NCBI GenBank assembly: GCA_963719945.1
Contig: CAVRDX010000004.1
Span: 96,001 to 160,000 of the forward strand
Source: an uncultured Thermoplasmata archaeon
GTDB taxonomy: Archaea; Thermoplasmatota; Thermoplasmata; UBA10834
Reading direction: 5' to 3'
DNA length: 64,000 bases
Part shown: one piece after another, positions 12,340 through 20,700 of the stretch
Layout: every line of letters starts with the position of its first letter
Numbering within the stretch: the first letter of the stretch is position 1
Program-made: the position numbers and the translations under genes
Notes under the pieces: generated by a model
Seen by the model: only the letters and a program-made list of their open reading frames with translations
What the model was told of the DNA's origin: nothing
Databases searched by the model: none

Positions 12340-14481
12340 ATGGTTAGCGATCTCCGAATTCCTGAAGGGATAATTGTCAGGACTGCCAAAGGAGGCCCTG
12401 ATTCGCTGAAGGGCATACTGTCCGACCTGAAACAGTATAGCTTCACTGGTTACCTGAAGGTCACGCTCGAGAAATCCGTGATGAACTCCACGGGTTACAT
12501 CGTAGTGGAATTGGGAGCGCCCGTCATGGCGATCTACGAGTTCGAGAAATCGAAACCCAGGGAGCTGCGGAGGATATACACCGGAGAGAAGTCACTGAGA
12601 TTCATACTCGAGGATTCGCAAGACAAGGGATCCAACATCGAACTCCACAGCCGTGTCCCCAAGGAGGAGTTCGAGCGTAGGTTCCCTGACGCCTATATCG
12701 CTGGAGGAGCCGCCCCCAAACCGACCACTAGGACCCCCCGGGACGAAGCGAAGGTCAAGGAAGAGGTGGAACTCGATCCGTATGTCGAGAAGATTGAGCA
12801 GTGGCGCAGGAAGGGGTACAAGGTAGATACGCTTGAGACGGCGAGGGAGCAGGGAGTCCAGGAGATCTCGAAGGAACTTACAGGTTTCGAGCGCGACACG
12901 AACAAGCTCAGGCAGTTCGAGACGATCCTGAACAACTTCCCGATACTGGGGCTCGAGCCGGAGATCGCGGAGATAAGGACCAAACTGAACGATCCCACTC
13001 GAATCGCTGAGATAGAATCGGATATCGAATTCCTGCAGGAGAAGATCCGCCGGAAGATACAGAAGAGGAAGGCGGAAGAGGATTCGATAAAGCAGGAGAT
13101 GGAACGGAAGAAGAGGGATGAGAAGGCGTCGGACGTGTACGACCTGATCCTCAAGTACCAGACGACGCCCGAGGGTGAGGAGGCCGTGGAAGCCGTGAAG
13201 TGCCCCATCTGCGGCGGAGAGCTGGAAGATGGACAGTGCAGCAAGTGCGAGAAGGAGCAGAAGTTCACCAAGACATTCCCGACAGAGATGAGGTTCGACA
13301 ATTTCGTGATAGGCCCTGGCTCGAAGTTCTCGGCAGCGACCGCAGTCGCTGTAGCTGAGAATCTAGGCAAGGCATACAATCCGCTCCTGATATTCGGTGC
13401 AACTGGCCTGGGAAAGACGCATCTTCTATCAGCCATCGGAAACCACATACTGAACAAGAACAGTGGATTGACCGCCCTATACGTGCCAGCCGACAAGCTG
13501 GTCGATGCCGTTGAGCACAGTACGACTCCTGACGCCATCAGGATGTTGAGGGAGGAACTGAAACGTGCCGAACTCCTGCTTGTCGACGACATGCAGTTCC
13601 TCGCCGCCAATGAACAAGCTCAGGGTGAGATGGTCCACATCATCGATTCGCTCATCGACTCTGGAAAGCAGGTCGTGCTCGCTAGTGACAGACTGCCTAC
13701 ACAGATTCCGGGCTTCAGCGACAGACTGAATGCCAGAATCCAGAAGGGGTTGACCGTCGATCTGCAGCCGCCGGACGAGAGCACCAGGATCAAGCTCGTC
13801 AGGGTGAAGGCGCATGAGAAGAAGTTGAAGCTCAGCGACGAGATAGTCAAGTACATCGCCGAAAAGGTCACCCAGAATGTTCGCGAGATAGAGAGCACTC
13901 TGAACAAGGTCGTTGCGTTCTCCACCATAATGAAGATGGAAATCGACATGACCCTCGTCTCGGACATACTCAAGCCGCTCGCTCCCGTGCAGGAGACCAG
14001 GAAGGAGATCATGAAGGAGGTCAATGTTCAACCTGGCCATTGCTACCTGATAGAGGAGGAGAAACCGACCTACAGCAATGTCTTGCTGGGGCGGATGATG
14101 GCCGAGAACTATAGAGGGCTCATAATAACGAGGATGAACCCAAAGAGAATAAGAGATGATTTCGAAAAGGACCCTCGAATACTCTGGCTTACCGACAAGG
14201 ATAGTTCGATGGAGAAGACCATCCCGCCATCCCTGGAGATGATAATCCACAAGATCCAGGAATTCATTTCAGAGGAGGGGAACGGCATGGTCGTCCTCGA
14301 TGGCATACAATATCTCATCAGCAGCACCAATTTCGATTCGGTGCTCAGGTTCCTGAGGAGCATAATCGATGAGATGTCAGAATCGAAATGCATATTTGCG
14401 GTATCGATTAGCCCTGAAACCATGAAGGAGCAGGAGATATCGATAATGGAGAGGGAGATGGAGGTCCTGAACCTGACCTGA
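12340..14481 (+). CDS. Multidomain protein: PATAN/DUF2226-like domain, coiled coil, Zn ribbon, DnaA-type AAA+ domain and DUF835
   Basis: True start taken as ATG 12340 because the ORF-track extension overlaps the tRNA. Motifs: FTGYLKVT..GYIVVELG; CPICG..CSKC; FDNFVIG..YNPLLIFGATGLGKTHLL..LLLVDDMQFL..ASDR..RLNARIQKGL..NVREIES; C-terminal CYLIEEEKP..GLIITRMNP..ILWLT..VVLDGIQYLI. Confidence 0.88.
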   Translation: MVSDLRIPEGIIVRTAKGGPDSLKGILSDLKQYSFTGYLKVTLEKSVMNSTGYIVVELGAPVMAIYEFEKSKPRELRRIYTGEKSLRFILEDSQDKGSNIELHSRVPKEEFERRFPDAYIAGGAAPKPTTRTPRDEAKVKEEVELDPYVEKIEQWRRKGYKVDTLETAREQGVQEISKELTGFERDTNKLRQFETILNNFPILGLEPEIAEIRTKLNDPTRIAEIESDIEFLQEKIRRKIQKRKAEEDSIKQEMERKKRDEKASDVYDLILKYQTTPEGEEAVEAVKCPICGGELEDGQCSKCEKEQKFTKTFPTEMRFDNFVIGPGSKFSAATAVAVAENLGKAYNPLLIFGATGLGKTHLLSAIGNHILNKNSGLTALYVPADKLVDAVEHSTTPDAIRMLREELKRAELLLVDDMQFLAANEQAQGEMVHIIDSLIDSGKQVVLASDRLPTQIPGFSDRLNARIQKGLTVDLQPPDESTRIKLVRVKAHEKKLKLSDEIVKYIAEKVTQNVREIESTLNKVVAFSTIMKMEIDMTLVSDILKPLAPVQETRKEIMKEVNVQPGHCYLIEEEKPTYSNVLLGRMMAENYRGLIITRMNPKRIRDDFEKDPRILWLTDKDSSMEKTIPPSLEMIIHKIQEFISEEGNGMVVLDGIQYLISSTNFDSVLRFLRSIIDEMSESKCIFAVSISPETMKEQEISIMEREMEVLNLT

Positions 14482-14496
14482 CCTCGTCGGTCAAGT

Positions 14497-16227
14497 TCAC
14501 ATGGTCTTCTTCGCCATCTCTTTGAATTCCCTCAACTCTTTGAGCGCCTGCGAATAGTTCTTCGATTTCGTCAGGTTGGTCACCGACTTCAATATCGTCA
14601 ACATAGGCGTTATGTTCACGTTCTTTATCTTCGCGTCCACTAGCAGGTGACGAGCGCTCTTGATCTCCTCGGTGAGACGCTCTGGGATGGCTGCATTGAG
14701 ACGCTCGTTCGTCTGCTTGATGAGCATCTCGGCCTTATCGAAGTCCCTGGAATCGAACGCTTTGTTGGCTTCCACGAAGGATGCGCGAGCCTCTCGTGTA
14801 TCGAGTATGAGCATCTCGCAATCCGCAAGCAATGATTTCAAAGAATTGAGCCTCTTCTTCGCTTCGTTGTATCTGCCCGTGATCGGAAGGAGTTCGTTCG
14901 AGACTTTATCAGAGTAGATGAACGCGGCCTCCGCATCCCCACTGGATTTGGCCTTCTCCATCTCGCTTATGTAGGTCATCGATCGGGATACTTCGCCACC
15001 GAGCTCCTTAGCCACTTGGACCTCTTCCCTCAGCTGGTCGAGGTCATCTGTAAGCCTGGCATCTATTGTGTCCATGAGGATCGCGCGAGCCGTGTTCACG
15101 AGCTCAAGCGCTTTCTCTAGCTGCCTATCTCGCCCAGCTGCGGCTGCGTCATCGATGAGCTGCTTGCTCTCAGATATCTCAATCTCCTTCTGCATGGCAA
15201 GAGACAGGAGCGGTTTCATCTCGGCCACCATCCTCGCGAGCTCCTTCCCCTTGTCCTTCGAATCTGCCCTCATGGGGGTGATCTTCGGGGCTGGGGCCGC
15301 CTTGGTTATCTCCGGTTCAGGTATCCTTGGCCTAGGCTCTTCCTTTAGATGACGGAATGGTTCTGCCTCGACGGGCTCTTGCTTCGATTGAGGTTCTGGT
15401 TCCGTTACAGGTTCGGGTTCCGCCTCATCTTTGGCCTCGTCCTTCTTGCGCTTCTTCAGCCAGCCGAATGGTGAACGGCCCTTCTTCTCCTTGGGGGCCT
15501 TCTCTGGCTCTTCAACCTCATCAGCAGATGGTTCCTCTGCCTCCTCGGGTTCGACCTCGACCTCCGGCTTCATGGCCGGGACTTCTCTGACAGTCGGGAC
15601 TTCGGCGACTGGAGGCTCGATCTCTGGCTGAGTCGACGCTTGCTCAGTCGCCTCCTCCTCGGACTCGACGAACATGGCGCCACAACCGGGGCAGGTTTTG
15701 GCATCGACATTGACAAGCGTGTTACATGCAGGGCACTGGAATACTTCTGTGCCTTCGTCCGAGAAGATGACACCGCAACTCGAACAGGAGGATGCGGTCA
15801 TGCTCACCTTTGCACCGCACTCAGGACATGAGAATTGGTCTTCTTGGACGGTTTCGACCATCGGTATCTCGGATGTAGTCTCATCCTCGACAGGTGCCGA
15901 TTCCTCTGTGTCTGGCCTGACATCAGATGTGGATCGCGAGAACAGGGAAGCGGCGGTCGCAGCGGATTCATCCGAGACTTCTTCCTTCGGAGTCTCGGCC
16001 ACCTTGGGCTCACCGCGAGGGGGCGATATGACTTCGCGAACAATCGCATCGATCGATTTCTTTGGAGCCGGAGCGCTAGGCGTAGGCTGAACAGTCTGCT
16101 CAACAGGCTCATCGACTTCCATATCGAATATGGACAAATCTGTCCCACAGAACCCGCACTTCTTCGATCCGGGCTGGAGTGGAGAATCGCAGATGGGGCA
16201 AAGTTTGTCCCCGCTAGAACTTGGCAA
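14497..16227 (-). CDS. Protein with three double zinc ribbons, acidic/Pro-rich linkers and C-terminal alpha-helical repeats
   Basis: CPIC..CGFC, CPEC..CSSC, CPAC..CPGC. Helical repeats such as AKELGGEVSRS and AKIKNVNITPM. TTG start after AGGAGG. Confidence 0.8.
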   Translation of the reverse strand: MPSSSGDKLCPICDSPLQPGSKKCGFCGTDLSIFDMEVDEPVEQTVQPTPSAPAPKKSIDAIVREVISPPRGEPKVAETPKEEVSDESAATAASLFSRSTSDVRPDTEESAPVEDETTSEIPMVETVQEDQFSCPECGAKVSMTASSCSSCGVIFSDEGTEVFQCPACNTLVNVDAKTCPGCGAMFVESEEEATEQASTQPEIEPPVAEVPTVREVPAMKPEVEVEPEEAEEPSADEVEEPEKAPKEKKGRSPFGWLKKRKKDEAKDEAEPEPVTEPEPQSKQEPVEAEPFRHLKEEPRPRIPEPEITKAAPAPKITPMRADSKDKGKELARMVAEMKPLLSLAMQKEIEISESKQLIDDAAAAGRDRQLEKALELVNTARAILMDTIDARLTDDLDQLREEVQVAKELGGEVSRSMTYISEMEKAKSSGDAEAAFIYSDKVSNELLPITGRYNEAKKRLNSLKSLLADCEMLILDTREARASFVEANKAFDSRDFDKAEMLIKQTNERLNAAIPERLTEEIKSARHLLVDAKIKNVNITPMLTILKSVTNLTKSKNYSQALKELREFKEMAKKTM

Positions 16228-16408
16228 CTCGCAGGGCCTCCTTAGACATGTTTTACAAGTCTACGGTATGCCTGGATAAATAGTTAACCATTTTGATTCC
16301 GCCCGATGATAACAGGGGAGGGGCTGGCAAAAAAACAATGCATGCACCAGCCATGCGGAGAAAGATTTTTCCCAACGATCATCCTTCTCGCCAAAGGGGT
16401 TTGCTGTC

Positions 16409-16891
16409 ATGGAAATGCATTCAGTCAAGGTAACAATCCCGGATAACGCGAATGTTGTGATAGGTCAGAGTCATTTCATCAAGACGGTCGAGGACATCTA
16501 CGAGGCGATAGTCAGTACGGTCCCACAGGCTAAGTTCGGAATCGCGTTCTGCGAGGCTTCGGGCCCATGCCTGGTGAGAGTTGACGGGAATGACGAGGAT
16601 ATGAAAAAATCAGCGTCAGAGAATGCGATGAGCATCGGTGCTGGGCACACCTTCGTCATCATGTTGAGGGATTCGTATCCGATCAATATCATGAACAGGC
16701 TCCGTGATGTACAGGAGATATGCACCATATTCTGCGCTACTGCGAACCCCTTGGATGTGGTCGTGGTCGAGAACGAGAGGGGACGAGGGGTAATCGGAGT
16801 GATCGACGGCGAAAAACCCAAAGGCGTGGAGACAAAAGAAGATGAGGACGACAGGAAATCACTCCTCCGCAAGTTCGGATACAAGAGATGA
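16409..16891 (+). CDS. DUF355-family adenosine-specific kinase / AMP-binding protein
   Basis: NVVIGQSHFIKTVEDIYE, FGIAFCEASG, IFCATANP, GVIDG, RKFGYKR. Confidence 0.88.
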   Translation: MEMHSVKVTIPDNANVVIGQSHFIKTVEDIYEAIVSTVPQAKFGIAFCEASGPCLVRVDGNDEDMKKSASENAMSIGAGHTFVIMLRDSYPINIMNRLRDVQEICTIFCATANPLDVVVVENERGRGVIGVIDGEKPKGVETKEDEDDRKSLLRKFGYKR

Positions 16892-16898
16892 TTGGTGA

Positions 16899-17780
16899 TT
16901 GGAAGAAACCATCATGAGATTCTCGCTAAAGATCGCGCCTCTGGATCTGGACCTTACACTTGGATGCGGACAGGTGTTCAGATGGTCCAGGACGGATAGG
17001 GGCGAATGGATTGGGCCCCTCGGGAGACATCTGGTCACTTTGGGATGGAAGAACGGTCGATTGACCGTAAGTGCCGATCCCGGGGAGCCGCGAATGCATG
17101 ACCGAATCTCCGAGTTTCTGAGAGTGTCGGATAACATCACAGAGATACAATCGTCGCTCTCCAGGGACCCTGTGCTGTCACCTGGTCTCGATCGGTTCAG
17201 AGGACTCAGGATCGTCAAAATGGATGAATGGGAATGCCTGGCGAGCTATGTACTGGCCACCTACGCGAATATACCCAGGATTGCAAAGATGATAGATGAG
17301 GTCTCCAAGCATTTCGGCCATGAGATCGTGGATGGGGTACGATCGTTCCCAAAACCATCCGATCTCAGAAAAGCTAGTGTTAGAGAACTCGAGAAGTGCG
17401 GACTTGGATATAGAGCGAAATATCTCCACTCAATCTCCAGAAGTGTTGATCTGGAAGAGATCAGCCGATTGAAAAGGCTCGGGTACAAGGATCTGCGGAG
17501 AGAATTGATGGACCTTCCAGGAGTCGGGGAGAAGGTCGCTGATTGTGTCTCTCTGTTCGGCTTCGGCAAGCTGGAAGCGTTCCCAATCGACGTCTGGATA
17601 GAGCGCGCAATCTCGAGATTGTACGATGTGGAAGGACCGTACAAGACGATCAGAGGGTTCGCGGCAGAGAGATGGGGGGATTTTGCAGGCTATGCGCAGG
17701 AGTATCTCTACTTCAATGAGAGGACCTTGGCGAAGAGCAGTGGTTGTGAATTCTCCAGATGCGCGGAAGATAATGGATGA
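16899..17780 (+). CDS. 8-oxoguanine DNA glycosylase (Ogg1/AlkA-type HhH-GPD family)
   Basis: TLGCGQVFRW, GLGYRAKY, HhH motif LPGVGEKVADC, FPIDVWI, AGYAQEYLY. The start may be ATG 16914. Confidence 0.9.
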   Translation: MEETIMRFSLKIAPLDLDLTLGCGQVFRWSRTDRGEWIGPLGRHLVTLGWKNGRLTVSADPGEPRMHDRISEFLRVSDNITEIQSSLSRDPVLSPGLDRFRGLRIVKMDEWECLASYVLATYANIPRIAKMIDEVSKHFGHEIVDGVRSFPKPSDLRKASVRELEKCGLGYRAKYLHSISRSVDLEEISRLKRLGYKDLRRELMDLPGVGEKVADCVSLFGFGKLEAFPIDVWIERAISRLYDVEGPYKTIRGFAAERWGDFAGYAQEYLYFNERTLAKSSGCEFSRCAEDNG

Positions 17781-17794
17781 TGACATGACCGAGG

Positions 17795-20700
17795 TCAGCC
17801 CATTCCAGGGTGACTCTTCCTGTAGAATTCCATGATCTCCCATTCGGACAGACTGCCCTCCGCTCTGTCCGAAAGGGCGACACCCAGCCTCTTGGCGAAC
17901 CCCTCTATGGCCTCTGCACAGTCATCCTCGCCCTGAAGGTCTTCGACCACCAGTTTATTCTGCACTATATGCCCGACGAACGAGCCGATAAGGTTGGGTC
18001 CTGAATAGACCGCGTATCTTCCTGTCTCGGGCAATGAGTCTCTGAAGCCAGCACGCAGGTATCCGACCATGCTGTCTTCGGGAGCCACCACGACCGAGGC
18101 TCGCGGAACCGATTCGCCCATGAGCGCGTGTGCTTCCTTGGTCGCCCAGTATATGGTCGTTGAGCCCCGGAGCAGGTGCCCCTTCACCAAAGTGCCCTCA
18201 CCCTCAAGCAACCTCAGGATGCCCCTCAGCTCCCGCATGGGAATCTCCGAGCCGATCATCATCGATAGCGCCTCGGCCGAGCAAATGCCATAGCTGCGGA
18301 AGATGCGCCTGATTATCCTGACCCAGGCAGATCTTCTGGAAAGACGTGTCTTGGGAGCCGCGACGTATCCCCTGGTGGTGTCGAGATAAAGCATGGAAGA
18401 GGAATACAATGATTTGAGCGCCTCAGTCGTATCCTCGGTACCCAATGGCGATACTGTGAGGGCTCTGTCCCGACGGATCGGTTGCTGGTCCTTCACGATC
18501 CTCAGGACCAGCTTCTCCTCTGGGGTCAGCTCGCGGGACCTGGCCGCCCGATATACCGATGCGTCTTCCTTGGTGCAATATCCGACCCTGTCGGGCACGA
18601 GGTGTCCGCGGACGACCAGCCCCTTCTTCAGGAGTATCTCGAGTGGCGCGAACCCATCGACGCGGATGAGCGCTTCGGAGTTGCTTCTCAGGCCGCCATA
18701 ATTCGCCAGCGCCACGGACATGTCATCCAATCTATCCCGGTCGCTCCAATGTTGCAACGAGAATACCACATCAAGCAACTCCGACCTTTCGTAACAGTCC
18801 GTCACCAGAGAGCCTTTGACCAGCATACCGTTCGACGCTCTGTAGCCGTGGTTGTTGAATTCCTTAAGCACTCCAGCGTCCAATTCATTTATGTCCGATC
18901 CGAAGGCCCGTTTGATTCGGATGATGTCCACGTTGATAGACCTGTAGAAATCCATCACGCTGTCCAGCTCATCCAACAAAGGTCCTAGCAGCCTCTGATC
19001 GTCCAGCCGGATCTCACGTATGTCGATCGCTCCCGCCATCAACCACTCCTCGACCATCCCTGCGATCTGGCCGTTGTGGATGACTGGGAATATCCAGCCT
19101 TCTCCGTACTTCGACGTTATCTCGACCCATCGGTCTCCGAGGAATGGGTCATAGAGAGAGAGCACGCGAACCCGGGTATCGGCCGTTCTCATCTTCCCGA
19201 TATCCGGCAACTCGTCCTTCATCACGAACATCTCGGTCTGCTCCAAACCGACGGTTATCGGTTCTGTCCCGATCTTCCTCAGGAGAGCTCGGGCCGTGTC
19301 GACTTCGACATCGAGATGGGACGCTGCTTGAAATGCTGTCACGGGGCCGTATCCACGGACGTACTTCGAGAGCACGAGCTCGAACGCGCCGTTCAGCTCA
19401 GGCTCGACCGAGCAGACGGCATATACGTTCCTCGAGGTCCATACATCCGACCCGTCGAAATTCCGGACTAAGTACCCCTTCCGGTCGAGGGACTCGAAGT
19501 GTTCCCGCATCACCTCCCCAGGTATGCCAGCCGCCTCGGCGATCTCCTGATAGGTGCCAGGCCCCAACCGTTCAGCAGCCTTCAGTATCGCGTTCTCATA
19601 CTTCGAAAGGCGGCCCCTTCTGAAAACACCGAGATAATATTGGACCTCCTCAGAGAGGATGTATCTCAATCTCCCTCGGACAAACCTGCCGAGCACCACT
19701 TCTCCGCGGTCCCTCATCCCTCCGAATTCCTCTATGGAGAATCCTCTGACCCTGACGGCGATGTCATACGGCATGCCGATGTCGCCGAATCGTTCGAAGA
19801 ATTCGCGAGCGGAGTGGATATCGCCTAGCAACTTCGATTCGACATAGGAGCGGACTGTCTCCCGGTCGAAAACCGGGCGTTCCTTGGAGAGCAATGCGAG
19901 GTAATCCCTGGCGAGCATGAACTGCTGTTGCTCACCTATGACGAACCTGCCGGACACTACTAGCTCCTTCGCAAGCAGCGACCTCAGGGCTTTCTCGGTC
20001 GCCTCCTCGCTGGTGCCGACCTCATACGCTATATCCTCGATGGACAGGGGGGCGTGGTATGCGAGGTGTCTCATAACCGCATCTCTGGCGCAATCGTCGA
20101 TTTCGATCGGATCGTGCGTGGATGACGAGTATTGGAAACGCCCCCCATGGATGCCGCTCCTGTGCACCAGGTTAGCGATCTCGAGCCGCTTCACGATATC
20201 CTTGGCGTCATCCTTGTTAAGATCGAGTCGCTCGCTGAGTGTGGATATATCGAGAGGTTCGTCCGACATCTCATCCATCAATGCTTCCTCGACGACGGAA
20301 GGTGTATGCGGACGATGATGTAGGCTCGAATACAGTGGCCAATCATTCGAATGGACATAGACATCCTCTCCGATCCATACGGAACGGACCTTTCCTTCCC
20401 TCAGGAGTTCGGTAGACCATGAATGGAGGTCATCGTAGTTCCCTATCGAGCGGGTGTATATGTTCTCGCCCTTCTCCTTGAAGAGATTCATGGGGCCCAC
20501 GAGTCGTAACGCGTCCAGGATATCGTTCTTGGTCCGGATGCTGGGGAACTTGGCGTCGAAATATTCCGTCACGACCTCCGCATCGAATGTGTATTCGGAT
20601 AGGGCGTCGTCGCCAAGCACTCTGGCTAGGACCTTCCTGTGAAGGTCCCTGAGGAGCATGCTCCGATCCTCCATTAGGACTATATCAGACACACCAATCA

